In this document: positions 1 through 12,750 of the stretch, piece after piece | Position numbering within the stretch: position 1 is the first letter of the stretch | Layout: the number at the start of each line of letters is the position of its first letter | Assembly: GCA_951406725.2 (NCBI GenBank) | Contig: OX597830.1 | Coordinates: 69,378,001 to 69,442,000 of the forward strand | Source: Octopus vulgaris | Taxonomy: Eukaryota | Length of the DNA stretch: 64,000 bases | Reading direction: 5' to 3' | Notes under the pieces: generated by a model | The model's input: the letters and a program-made list of their open reading frames with translations, nothing else | Told to the model about the DNA's origin: nothing | Databases searched by the model: none | Translations under genes and position numbers: made by a program

Positions 1-273
1 ATTTTATCATCTTTGGTCAATCAAATTGTATCCAAAACCAATGCTAAATTGAATCCTGTTCTTTCCATAAACATGAGACAATTTTTGAATCCCAACTAGA
101 AGCAAGACAGTTACAGTATAGCTCCATGTCTTCCTATTTTAACTTTTGAAAATCATAGAGGTCTAAAAAAAAAAATAAAATATCTAAACAAATTCCAGTG
201 CCTTTTCAACTTCTTTTTTCTATATTTCTACCTGTGTGGAATAAAATAACTTTGTTTATATATATATATATAT

Positions 274-608
274 CGCATGGCTCAGTGGTTAGAGCGTCGA
301 GCTTACGATCGTGAGGTTGTGAGCTCGAATCCCGGACCGGGCTACGTGTTGTGTTCTTGAGCAAGGCACTTTATTTCACGTTGCTCCAGTTCACTCAGCT
401 GTAGAAATGAGTTGCAACATCACTGGTGCCAAGCTGTATCGACCTTTGTCTTTCCCTTGGATAACACTGGTGGCGTGGAGAGGGGAGGCTGGTATGCATG
501 GGCGACTGCTGGTCTTCCATAAACAACCTTGCCCGGACTTGTGTCTAGGAGGGTAACTTTCTAGGTACAATCCCATGGTCATTCATGACCGAAGGGGGTC
601 TTTACCCT
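274..608 (+). mobile_element. tRNA-derived SINE, family A
   Basis: Head with box A TGGCTCAGTGG and box B-like GCTCGAATCCC, inserted in (TA)n. A related copy lies on the minus strand at about 37148-37497. Confidence 0.85.
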
Positions 609-619
609 ATATATACTTT

Positions 620-815
620 ATTTAAAAGCAGCAGAAATTCAACAAAAGCTGTTACTCGGAGTTTCACGTTCCCATTCGTCGGACAGTTTTAACAAAACTG
701 TCCGACGAACAGGAAAGTGGATTTCCTTAAGCACTTAAATAAAGCATATTACTCTACCTCTGGTATTTGAGTACTCTTTTATCCACCTTGTTTCGCATTT
801 ATGTGTTTACTCCAG
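620..815 (-). mobile_element. Penelope-like fold-back remnant in a TA tract
   Basis: Internal 16-bp inverted repeat (675-709) plus a hammerhead-like motif; flanked by (TA)n. Confidence 0.6.
649..686 (-). ncRNA. Minimal type I hammerhead ribozyme motif (U4C core variant)
   Basis: Minus strand reads CTGT-CCGACGA-ATG(GGAA)CGT-GAAACTC-C-GAGTA|ACAG. Helices I, II and III all pair; cleavage triplet GUA. Confidence 0.65.
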
Positions 816-816
816 T

Positions 817-879
<63 letters not shown>

Positions 880-930
880 ATATAATTTATATGTATATAT
901 ATATATATATAATATAATATAATTTATATG

Positions 931-987
<57 letters not shown>

Positions 988-1071
988 GTGTTTGTATATA
1001 TATATATATATGCATGGACGTTAAACGAAGATGATGATGATGATGATGATATATATATATATATATATATA
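817..1071. repeat. Compound (TA)n/(TG)n/(GAT)n microsatellite
   Basis: Directly visible. Confidence 0.95.
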
Positions 1072-1190
1072 TTTTCATGCTCACGGTTGCTGAGGCATGG
1101 AACAAACCATCTGCATCAGTTGTTAGCTGCCGAGACTTGCATACTTTAAAACCTCCATGCTTCCTGAAATTTTCCAACACTACACCTGAT
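1072..1190 (+). mobile_element. CR1-like LINE 3' fragment
   Basis: Encodes FMLTVAEAWNKPSASVVSC; same family as 62356-63002. Confidence 0.75.
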
Positions 1191-1853
1191 ATCCACCCCC
1201 TCCTGTCCCCTAACAGATTTTGTTTTCCCACCTCTTTCTCTGTCTGCCTCTGTTTCTGCCACCTTTGACTGAACCCTGAAGGATTGTTTTGGCCATTCTT
1301 GATGAGAGGATGACTTACCCAAACTACCTGAGTTTGTGTTTCTTTACTGTGAAATTCCTCACAAGGCCCTACCGACCACCTTATTCTTCGTTTCATCATA
1401 GGAATTTAAAACTTCGAGTGAACATAAAATAATTTTTTGGGAGAGGTGAAACTCAAAGCAGATAAAACTATGTGCATGTGTCTGGGTGTCTACTTTTATT
1501 GTCATGTTTAACACATGTTAAGGAAGCAGTGACTCACCTACTTTGATTAAATGTGAAAATTTTCACTTTAACCTGCTTATATTTGCCAATTATTTTCTGT
1601 GTGTCTTCATCAGTATTGAAGGAATTCATAAGAACCAGGGGTACATCAGTGTCATATTTTTTATTTAAATGCTGAAAAAAAAAAACAAGTAAAAAAAAAA
1701 GTCTCAAAAATGACTATCAATAACAACAACAAACAGAACAAATGATGAATCTGGCAACTGAATCTGCACAAAAGAAAACTGCAAATGGTAAAAGACTTCT
1801 GTCCATTGTTAGAGATTTATTCCAGCAAGATGGGGATAAACACTTTATGTTGT

Positions 1854-1887
<34 letters not shown>

Positions 1888-2478
1888 TATAGAACACACT
1901 GTAAAGTGGTCGGCATTTGGAAGGACATCCAGCTGTAAAAACCTTGCCAAAATTGACTTTGCCTCTGCTTGTGCCACGTAGAAAGCACCAAGTCTACTCT
2001 GCTGGGTGGTTGGTGTTAGAAGGGGTATCCAGCTGTAAAAATTCTGCCAAAACAGTCACAGGAACCTGGTGCAGGCTTCTGCCTGGCCAGCTCCTATCAA
2101 ACTGTGTCACTCATGCCAACATGGAAGCTGGATGTTAAATGATGATGAGGATGATGATGATGATATATATATATATATATATTTATTCAATATAGGGTAG
2201 CAAAAAATTCAGCAGAAATTATTTGCCACCAGCGGTCTAGTAGGAAAAATAGATAGTCAGAGACTATTAATACATTCAACATCAAAATATAGGAACAGCC
2301 ATAATAGGCTGTTCAACCTACTAGAAATAGCAGCCAAGGCTTAAACTGCAAACAAGTATTAATTCCAAAAACCAGGAGAAAATTTTAAAAAAAATATATA
2401 TTATATATATATAATAGTTAAACACAATGTCAAACATTAAGGCAAAGCAAATATCTCAAGTCATAAACAATATTATTG

Positions 2479-2528
2479 TAGGAAGAAATTCAAAATCTTG
2501 CAGCTGTAAGATTTTGAATTTCTTCCTA
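2479..2528. repeat. 50-bp near-perfect palindrome centred on CAGCTG
   Basis: TAGGAAGAAATTCAAAATCTT-GCAGCTGT-AAGATTTTGAATTTCTTCCTA. Confidence 0.95.
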
Positions 2529-2529
2529 T

Positions 2530-3001
2530 ATGATAACGGTATGAGCCAAATTGATATCAACATTTCCATCAAATGGTACTTTCCCATTTCCTAATTGGAG
2601 GAGCCAGGTTGAAAACTGTTCTGCGCATTGATCCCCATGTACTAAAGCTCACACATTAGTATTGAAGGAGGATTTCTGTACTTTATTCCATAGGTGTGAA
2701 GACTTAATGCATGCTTTTATTTCATCAGGTCTTGTTTGTCTCAGAATAACTGGTAATGTCTGTCTGAAGCCTCCTGATAAAAACTAATGTAACTCCTTCC
2801 ATAGATTTATTGTTGCCTCTTATGTCCTGTAAGATCTTATCAAGAGATTCCATTGCACCTTTATGTAACATGGTGAATTCATCCTAAATGATAAGGTGGT
2901 ATTGGCGCAACACTTCTGCTGAACATGAATCTTTGCTTATGTTACAAATTGGACTGTCATTTGGGACTAGATTTAGCAGTAATTTAAAAGCAGAATGTGC
3001 T
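2530..3001 (-). pseudogene. Helitron PIF1-family helicase fragment (decayed)
   Basis: AHSAFKLLLNL...HLII*DEFTMLHKGAMESLDKILQDIRGNNK...(frameshift)SGGFRQTLPVI...IKSSHLW...LLQLGNG. This matches the Helitron helicase motifs TAHSxFKLP, IIWDE and GDFRQxLPV, with stops and a frameshift. Confidence 0.9.
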
Positions 3002-3083
3002 CTAACGTTTCTGCCAGCTTGCCCCCACCCCTAGACAACAGTTCTGGAATGAGTTCATTAGAAGTGTTCAAATGTGTTCTTCA

Positions 3084-3353
<270 letters not shown>

Positions 3354-4033
3354 TCATTGTTAACTTTTGGTGTTGATATTAGTTGTACAAATGAAGGAGC
3401 CTACAAAAGGTTCTCACCTTGTTAGAGGTAACAACTAAACATGCAGCAAATTGCTCCCAGTTATTTTAAAAATGAAAGGACATATTGGATGGAAGCACTC
3501 CGTCGGTTACGACGACGAGGGTTCCGGTTGACCCGAATCAACGGAACAGCCTGCTCGTGAAATTAACGTGTAAGTGGCTGAGCACGCCACAGACACGTGT
3601 ACCCTTAATGTAGTTCTCGGGGATATTCAGCGTGACACAGAGAGTGACAAGGCCGGCCCTTTGAAATACAGGTACAACAGAAACAGGAAGTAAAAGTGAG
3701 AGAAAGGACTGATTTCATATATGTGTGTGTGTGAAGGCACTTGACCTAGTGGTTAGGGTGTCGCACTCATGATCACTAAATTGTGGGTTCAATTCCTGGA
3801 CTGGCTGACTTATTTAATTCTTGAGCAAAACACTTAATTTCACATAGCTCTCTGCAGTCACTTCTACACATCTGACGTGTCACACACTTATGTACCTGAT
3901 AAAGGTAATGTCAATTTGAAGGAGAAAGTGGGCTATTGTATTGTGAATATGTTTGATCATTCTGATTAATTCATTTGTGCAGGTTGTTCAGTAAAAGCTG
4001 AATGCTTATATGTTGCCTTTGAGAGATTTTATC

Positions 4034-4073
<40 letters not shown>

Positions 4074-4074
<1 letters not shown>

Positions 4075-4346
4075 GAGGCGCAATGGCCTAGTGGTTAGGG
4101 CAGCGGACTTGTGGTCATAGGATCGCGGTTTCGATTCCCAGACCGGGTGTTGTGAGTGTTTATTGAGCGAAAACAACTAAAGCTCCACGAGGCTCCGGCA
4201 GGGGGTGGTGGCGATCCCTGCTGTACTCTTTCGCCACAACTTTCTCTCACTCTTTCTTCTGTTGGCCTGCTCGCTTAGCCAGCGGGGTGGCGTCATTTGA
4301 AGGCTAAAACAATGCGAAGCGCATTGTGACCAGCGATGTGTAACAT
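4074..4346 (+). mobile_element. tRNA-derived SINE, family B
   Basis: Head GGAGGCGCAATGGCCTAGTGG...GTTTCGATTCCC. Related copies at 15232-15525 (+), 35881-36230 (-), 3490-3707 (-, 3' part) and 53668-53795. Confidence 0.85.
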
Positions 4347-5078
4347 ATCAATGTAAGATCCAGGGATAGAGCTGTAGGAAGAAAGTTAGCTTCAAGCAAT
4401 CTGTAGTAAATATAAAAAAAGAAAACTTCCAGGAATAATAGTGGTTTATTGAGATGGAAGGTTGCAGATTTTTTTCCGTTATCAAAGAACAATGAACTGA
4501 AAAGAAGTACTTTTTATATTTCTTGGTAAGCAGCCAGGGTTGCTGAATGTAAGAAAAAGAATAAAAGAGTTATGGAATGGAGTATTGGAAATCCAGGCAA
4601 CATATGTTTGTCTTGCAAACAACTTGCACATGCAAGTGCTACCAGTTAAAAGTTCCGTATACCGGAAGCTAGCAAGTGTATGGGGTCATCAGGAGAGAAT
4701 GCGCGCCGTTTCGGGGCCTACCTCTCGATGGCATCAATGCACACCGCCCCCCCCCCTCACTGATATGAGGGCTCGCTGGCTAGATCAGCTGGTTATGAAG
4801 AACTCAATATCCTTCTAGCCATCGCTCATCGTCTCTTTTTAACCAAATCCAGTGGCTAGCCTTCTCCACTGTAGATTGGATATCAGTCATGGTGGTATTG
4901 ACTGATATAGTGACTGGAACCTCAGAAGTGGTAAAATCCAAGTGAGGTGTATACTGCAGGTTACTCTTCAGGGTAAGAATATCTTGATTAGATTAAAGGC
5001 TACATTGTCACAAGGAGGTTGACATAAAGAGGATTCAATCAGAATGTGTCTTTATATATATATATGTATATATATATA

Positions 5079-5350
5079 CTGTTGTGTCTGGGGAGAGTCA
5101 TTTTCTTTTTGTGCCTTATAATTTAACACACACACACTGGTAAAATTTCCACTTATTTTTTATTTTTATTTTCCTAAAAATTTCATTGTGTCTTGCAACC
5201 CTTTCAATAATCAAGACTATTGAAAATGTTTGCAAGACACAACGAAAATTTTAGGGAAGTAAAAATAAGAAATAATTGGAAATTTTACTGATGGGTGTGT
5301 TAAATTATAAGGCACAAAAAGAAAATGACTCTCCCCAGGCACAACAGAAT
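5079..5350. mobile_element. ~270-bp fold-back element (two inverted ~130-bp arms)
   Basis: CTGTTGTGTCTGGGGAGAGTCATTTTC... versus ...GAAAATGACTCTCCCCAGGCACAACAG. A single-arm copy is at about 48280-48415. Both sit in TA tracts. Confidence 0.85.
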
Positions 5351-5629
5351 ATGCTTCAACACACGAACTCACATAAAGAATCTTGCAAACCAAATCCAAA
5401 AACGAAATATATATATATATATCAGAAAGGTTGAGTTCAATTAGAACATTTTTACTTTGGTGGAGTTTTTTAGTTCTTACACAACTAGACTCAACACTAC
5501 CTAAGCATGCTTTTATATTTCATCTTTCACAATCTTTTTATTAATATCCGAATGAGTTTTGTGACACAGACGCAATGTAACCTCCTGTAACAACATAATT
5601 TTCCTCTGTTACGACTTTTCTGATGTATC

Positions 5630-6143
5630 TGCACTGAGGAGAATGGTAATCTATATATATAAAAGTGAGGTTGTGTGCTGTCTGTCTCCTACGATTTAGA
5701 TTCCTAACTATTCCCACATTTTGCAGTGCAGTTTAACCAAAAGCGGGTATCTTATAGTCGTGATTCATATCGAGCCCTTCTGGGTATTAGCGTGCATCTA
5801 CAATGAGTCTACGATTTTAAAAAAAATTTACCATCATTTTTTCCCATTTTTAATGCATTTTTTTTTGCTATTATATAAGGGAAGTAACTCTCTAAAAATG
5901 TATTATTAAATCTCAGAACGTAAAAAGCTACAGTAACACCCCACCCCCCTTTGTGGTTAGCCATATTGAGATGGCTATTATACTTTACATCTCTAAAAAT
6001 GCTTATATAGTTATTTCCCTTACAAACCCGAGCAACACCGGGCAATACTGCTAGTATTAATTAAATTAATTTAGTTATAATTAATTTAATCTCTTCCATG
6101 TTTTTTTACATGTTGCTGTAACCATTTGAAACAATCATATGCA
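5630..6143 (+). ncRNA. Fossil hammerhead ribozyme interrupted by a Helitron
   Basis: TGCA-CTGAGGA-GAATGGT [Helitron 5650-6054 plus AT-rich loop] ACCATTT-GAAAC-AATC-ATA|TGCA. Helices I and II pair across the insertion. Confidence 0.6.
5650..6054 (+). mobile_element. Non-autonomous Helitron
   Basis: 5' TC, 3' CTAG, subterminal hairpin CCCGAGCAACACCGGG, inserted between A and T with no TSD. Confidence 0.9.
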
Positions 6144-6612
6144 TGGATTAAAATTTGTTTAAACTTTTAACATTTTCTCTTCTCCATCTTTAATTGTTTG
6201 TTGAGTTTATATAGGGCCGTCTTCTATAAATGCTCATAATGCACCTTATGCTTATATATATATATATATATATAGATAGATGGTGTGCTTGTTTTGTTGA
6301 TCTTACCATCACTGAACAGTACATTACACCCACACCCATTTGTTTATTCAGTGATGGCATAATATAAGTAATATTAACAGAACAACCAAATATCTCTACT
6401 TGATTATATGCAACGGAATAAATTGAGTAATTTACCTTATGTATATGTATGCATATATATATATATATATATATTTATGTTTGTTTGTATATATGTATGT
6501 ATGTCTGTTTGTATATATATGCATATATATGCGAATGGATGTATTTATGTTTGTATGCATAATTATACGTGAGTGAATGCGTGGAGGGTGAATGTATAAG
6601 AGTGCAGCTTAC

Positions 6613-6720
6613 ATTTTTTGTTGGCGGTGGATTTATTTTGCTCCAGTTCAGTGATAGGTCTGTTTGTTGTGAAAAGCGACTATAAAGTTCTTCAAATCGC
6701 TTCATGTCTTTTTGGAAGTC
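6613..6720 (-). CDS. UGP2: UGP2 internal exon, 108 bp, phase 0/0
   Basis: DFQKDMKRFEELYSRFSQQTDLSLNWSKINPPPTKN aligns by eye to the UGPase N-terminal F..L..RF.....W.KI..PP motif. Polypyrimidine plus CAG acceptor and GTAAGC donor; joins in frame to exon 3129-3311. Confidence 0.92.
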
Positions 6721-6795
6721 CTGGAAGAGAGAAAAAGAAAAACATCTAAAAATTAGTTTTGAAACCTTTAATTAAAAAAAAAAAAATTATTACTA

Positions 6796-6839
<44 letters not shown>

Positions 6840-6840
<1 letters not shown>

Positions 6841-7055
6841 GGGTGGTGAGCCGGAAGAATCATTAGCATGCCAAGTGAAATGCTTAGTGGTATTTCATCT
6901 GCTGCTACGTTCTGAGTTCAAATTCTGCCAAGATCAACTTTGCCTTTCATCCTTTCAGGGTCGATAAATTAAGTACCAATGAAACACTGGGGTTGATGTA
7001 ATTGACTAGTCCCCTCTCCCAAAATTTCAAGGCCTTGTGCCTTCAGTAGAAAGAA
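6840..7055 (+). mobile_element. SINE family D (central CCTTTCATCCTTTCGGGGTCGATAAATTAAGTACC domain)
   Basis: Recurrent repeat; other copies at 8455-8660 (-), 18668-19010, 21048-21275, 23590-23740 and 25538-25772 (-). Confidence 0.8.
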
Positions 7056-7072
7056 TTATTAATATTATTGTA

Positions 7073-7107
<35 letters not shown>

Positions 7108-7121
7108 CGTTATTATTATTA

Positions 7122-7668
7122 TTGAGTGAGAGAGCAGTTCATGCCATCAAAGTGACACTGGGGTAAAATATACGAAGCCCAATATACCCATCATGACTAC
7201 CCGTCTGATAAGGGTACACAAGGCACATGCATCACAACCATTTGTGCGCGACATGGTGATCTTATACCAAGATAAACAGCACATGACCTTGCAGGTGGGG
7301 CCCAGTTAGAATTTTCTTCAGGTTGAGTAGCCCATCCCGCCCAAAAGGTCCCTGAATAAGGGTTGTTTAAGAATGTTGAAAGAACCACCCATGTTTCCAG
7401 AGGTGAATTATTCAAACCCCAAAGAATCCTTCTCAACACATGGCTATGATGCTCCCCCACTACTTCTGCTTGTGATCAGAGATGCATATATCATCAGCCA
7501 CTAAGGGACATGCTCAACTGGTTAAGGTCAAACAACTGATAAGCAAATCTGTGGTATTGAGCAGAATATTTGCTGTAGCCCATCTTTTATACCAAGACAA
7601 AACAATGTACATGATAACACTTCCAATCAGTTAAGATCAGAAGCCACGAGAGCCACTGCCTGGTACTG

Positions 7669-7670
<2 letters not shown>
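7122..7670 (-). mobile_element. Interspersed repeat embedded in (TAA)n, possibly the 3' UTR of a TAA-targeting R4/Dong-type non-LTR element
   Basis: Higher-GC block bounded on both sides by (TTA)n arrays; family assignment is inference. Confidence 0.4.
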
Positions 7671-7708
<38 letters not shown>

Positions 7709-9714
7709 TAGTCTTATTTTTATCATGTGCTTTCACTACACTACCAAGCACAGCTCTTTGTGCCTTGGGTATGTGTTGTGGTTTGTTGTGATACTACATA
7801 TTTTCACTGTATTGAAAGTGGAATTATTATGGTTGTTGTTGTTGTTATTATTATTATTATTATAATTATTATTATTATTATTATATTGTTCAACCAGCAG
7901 TATTTCACCTGTTGCTACAGTCTCAGTTCAAATTCTTTCTGGGGTTGATAAATTAAGGGCCAGTGAAACACCGGGATCGATGTAATTGACTAGTCAGCTC
8001 CTACCAAATTTCAGGCCTTGTGCCTTTAATAGAAAGGATAATCATCAAAATCATCATCATCATCATCATCATCATTATTATCATTATTATCATTTAGGCA
8101 AGCTGGATGAAATGTTTACCGGTATTTTGTACTGAGTTCATATTTCAGCGCCGGTGGCACATAAAAAGCACCATCCGAACGTGGCCATTGCCAGTGCCAC
8201 CTTGGCTGGCTTCCGTGCCGCTGGCACATTAAAAGCTCCAACCGATCGTGGCCGATGCCGGACCCACCCTGGCACCTGTGCAGGTGGCACGTAAAAAGCA
8301 CCCACTACACTCGCGGAGTGGTTGGCATTAGGAAGGGCATCCAGCCGTAGAAACTCTGCCAGATCAGGGTGAGGGTGGGGGTGGGGGATCAGATATTATA
8401 GTCAAGAGAATACTTATTTATTAAATAGTTCAACTAGCGCTGCTTCTCATAATTCTTTCTTCTAATAGTACAAGGCCTGAAATTTAGTGGAAGGGGACTA
8501 GTCAATTACATCAACCCCAGTATTTCACTGGTACTTAATTTATTGACCCCCAAAAGGATGAAATGCAAAGGCGACCTCGGCAGAATTTGAACTCACAACG
8601 TATTTGATGGGCAAAATAGTGCTAAGCATTTTACCTGGTGTACTAACGATTCTGCCAGCTGATAAAATATGTGCATCTCATAATGAGATGCACATATTCG
8701 TGAGACCAGTTTTATTTTAGGTGAACAGAGTCCCACCACGGTTATTATAGCCTAACTGATCTAGTATAAGATCAAAAGCATTCCAGTTGCGACCATCCCA
8801 TCTTTTATTCAAACATAGTTCATCTAGAATCCCATTATTTAGTTTGCTCATCACCATCAACATTTAATGTTTGTTTTTCATGCTGGTATGGATCAAATGG
8901 TTAAACAGGAGATGTCAAGCCAGAGATCAGCGCCAAGCTCCAATGTCCATTCTGGCATTGGTTTCTACAGTGGGATATTCTCTCTAACACCAACCACTTC
9001 ACAGAGTGTACTGGGTGCTTTTTACAAGGCACCAGCACAAATGATGTCACTAGGTAACTCACAAGACAGGACCTCCTCACCTGAGATGTGGCTGTTGTGA
9101 CGAGGGCGGTGGTTTTGTGTTCATTGATGTGAGACTAAAATGTGATAGAGAGACAGGAGCAAGTGTGGTACTGTACATGAGATAGATTGCCACTCCATCG
9201 TGGTAAAGAAGTGTCAGGGTGTACCCTCAAGGTACATGGAGGTAATTATAAATGGTACAGTGGTAAAGTAGTAGCATATTATTAGAAGAAAAGTTTAGCT
9301 GTTATTTCTAGCAGGATCAAGAACAATGTATGATAAAAACAAGCTACAGTTTATATCATTTGTTCAGTATGTATGTTTTACCATTATGGTAATCTGCATC
9401 CTTTGCAGTGGATGTTTCAGGTGTAGTTGGATGCTGAACCACAACAATTCTTCAGGGGAACATCATCATCATCATCGTCATTTAACGTCCGCTTTCCATG
9501 CTAGTATGGGTTGGACGATTTGACTGAGGGCTGGTGAACCAGATGGCTGCACCAGGCTCCAATCTTGATCTGGCAGAGCTTCTACAGCTGTATGCCCTTC
9601 CTAATGCCAACCACTCCGAGAGTGTAGTGGGTGCTTTTACATGCCAGTCAGGCAGTACTGGCAACGACCTCGCTCATTTGTACAGATATATAAGGGTAGA
9701 CTGAAAAGTTCATA

Positions 9715-9830
<116 letters not shown>

Positions 9831-10227
9831 GTGCAGTTGTGGCTGCATGTACCACAAAGTAGAGCTGTGGCTAAACAACAGTAAACAATAGTAACAGGTG
9901 TGGTTGTTGTTAAGAAATTTTATTACTGACCCCATTACTTCAGGGTCAGTTCCATTGCATGTCATCTAAGGAAAGCATTTTCTACAGCGCTGGGCTGAGA
10001 CCAACACTTCGTATCTGGATTTGGTAGAGAGAAACTGAAAAAAAGCCCTTCGCACACCTACACAAACACACACACACACACACACATATATTTATATAGT
10101 ATATGGAGGGCTTAACTCACTTGAGATCTAAATGAATAGGTATACTGAGTAAGCACTATAATTGATTGTCTGTGAAGTTCCAAGTTCACAGCTGAGGGTG
10201 GATCTAGGGACCCAGATTAGGGTTCCG

Positions 10228-10355
<128 letters not shown>

Positions 10356-10894
10356 ATGTATACATGTATGTATATATACATGTATGTATGTATGCCTGGG
10401 CTCCATTTTGTCTGTTTCAGCATGGTTTCTATGACTGGAAGCCCTTCCTAATACCAACCACTTTAAAAAGTAAACTGGGTGTTTTTAACTTGGCTGCAGC
10501 ATGGGCAATTTTATGTGGAACTGGCACGGGCATTTTTACATTGCACCATCACGAGCTCTTTTATATGGCATTGGAACGGATACTTTTATGTCATACCATC
10601 ACCCACACACAAACCCACAAAACTAGGATTCTCATATATGATATATCTTTAATCTTTTATCTTTTATTTGTCTCAGTCATTTGACCGTGGCCATACTGGG
10701 CCCTATTTAACCAGTTATCTTTTGTTTCGTTTTGTCTAGAAATTTGTCGCAACTACCCAGTTTTTTTTCTATGGACATATCAAGTGAAAGAAAAAGTTAA
10801 GGGGATGTGCGTGCATGCTTGTTCTTTTGTGCGTGTGTGTGTGCTTGTACTTGTCTGGTGTGCATGTGTGCATGTGCTTGTGTGTATGCATGGA

Positions 10895-11050
10895 CGAGCT
10901 TGTTTCCCCTCTCTGTCCAGAGAAATACCTAGCAGGAGAAATTCTTAGCCAAAGACAGGTTGCCCCTGTGAGCTCCTCTATGCTGATGACCTGGCCCTCA
11001 TAGCAAAAGCACTACCAGAACTAGAGAAGAAATTCTAGGTGTGGAAGGGT
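10895..11050 (+). pseudogene. RTE reverse-transcriptase fragment
   Basis: Encodes CPCELLYADDLALIAKALPELERKF*VWK, containing the YADD motif. Confidence 0.8.
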
Positions 11051-11622
11051 TTTAGTCAAACAAGTTGACTGCCCCCTCCCACCGGACTTAGTTTTCTTTT
11101 TTAAGCTTGGTATTTATTCTATTAGTCTTTTGTTGAACTGCTATGTTATGGGACCATAAACACACCAACACCTGTTGTCAAGTGGTGGGTTGGAGGACAA
11201 ACCCAAACACACACATCCATACATACACATGACAGATTTCTTTCAGTTAAATCTAGCCACCTTGTTTGCAGTTTATTCAAGCTAAATACAGGTTTTGTTC
11301 TGACTACCAGACCTGTGCAATGAGTAAATATTCCAGATAGTTTGTAGGTATTGATAAAAAAAATTGTCAATGAATGGCCTGAATTTTTTATGTTTAGTTA
11401 CCGTGCCATCAAAAATATTTAAATGTATATGTTTGTGTGTGTGTGTGTGTGTGTACACACACTCACACACACAAGCATAAACACTCACACCCATAAACAC
11501 TCACACCCATATATACATACATACATACATATATATATATCATCATCATCATCATCATTTAATGTCTGTTTTCCATGCCGGCATGGGTTGGACAGCTGGA
11601 CTGGAACTGGTAAGATCAGGTA

Positions 11623-11663
<41 letters not shown>

Positions 11664-11904
11664 TAAGATAATTTCTTGTTCTTTTTTCTTGTTTTTTGGA
11701 TGTTTAATTTTCCATCTGCCATGAATATTCTCTACTGATAGCTACTTCTGTAAGCCAATTTAACTCCCTAATTTCTTTCTCTTTGTTCCTCCTAAATTCT
11801 TCATGAATTCGGCTAAGCTAAGAATGAGCCTAGTACCATCTCCCCAAAGCAAACCTGCTTGTCAGAGGTGCACTCACCCTTTCCTGCCCCCACCACTAAT
11901 ACCA

Positions 11905-12750
11905 GATATCTTTATGCATGTGTGCGAACTGCCATGCTTCATGGCAGCGAAACATGAGCCATGACTGCTGAAGACATGCGTAGGCTTGAAAGACATGAAG
12001 CTAGCATGATCTGTTGGATGTGTAACGTCAGTGTGCACACACAAGAGAGTGTAAGCGCCCTGAGAGAAATGTTGGACATAAGAAGCATCGGATGTGGCAT
12101 GCAAGAGGGATGTTTGCACTGGTATGGTCATGTACTCTGGCTCGACGAGGAGAGTTGTGTGAAGAAGTGCCACTCGCAAGCAGTGGAAAGAATCTGGGGT
12201 AGAGGGAGACATGGGATGAGGTGGTGAAATATGACCTTCGAATGTTGGGCCTCACAGAGGAATGATGAAAGACCGAGACCTCAGGAGATAAGCTGTGAGT
12301 GAGAAGACCCAGCAAATAAAGTGAGATCATAGTTGTAATCTACACCAGTGTCACATAACCAGTCAATTCGAAAGTACCCTTGAATCGTAGGGCGACTTTG
12401 CGTGCTTGAGGAGACCTATTTAGTCAAGTACATCAACATCAAAATGAAATCAAATCACAATCAAATGGAAGTTGTAGCTGTGATCCCCATGCCAGTGACA
12501 TGTAAAAAGCACCATCCGAATGTGGTCAATGCCAGCCCCTCGACCCAACTGGCTTCTGTGCCGGTGGCACGTAAAAAGCACCCACTACACTGTCAGAGTG
12601 GTTGGCATTAGGAAGGGCATCCAGACGTAGAAACATTGCCAGATCAGACTAGAGTCTGGTGCAGCCTCCTGGTTTTCCAGACCCCAGTCGAACCGTCCAA
12701 CCCATGCCAGCATGGAAAGCAGATGTTAAACAATGATGATGATGATGATG
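11905..12750 (+). mobile_element. 5'-truncated RTE LINE with (GAT)n tail
   Basis: MLHGSET*AMTAEDMRRLERHEASMICWMCNV...WYGHV...GRGR, followed by the common 3' UTR and (GAT)n. Confidence 0.88.

Noticed and set aside
274-345. tRNA-like sequences at SINE heads (also 4074, 15232, 23839 and others)
   Set aside because: No complete cloverleaf and each is followed by a SINE body; not tRNA genes.
1590-1615. Minus-strand CTGATGA...GAAA
   Set aside because: No helix II or helix I complementarity; chance match.
4682-4718. Minus-strand GAAAC...CTGATGA suggesting a type II hammerhead
   Set aside because: Both would-be helix II strands are CCCC, and helices I and III do not pair.
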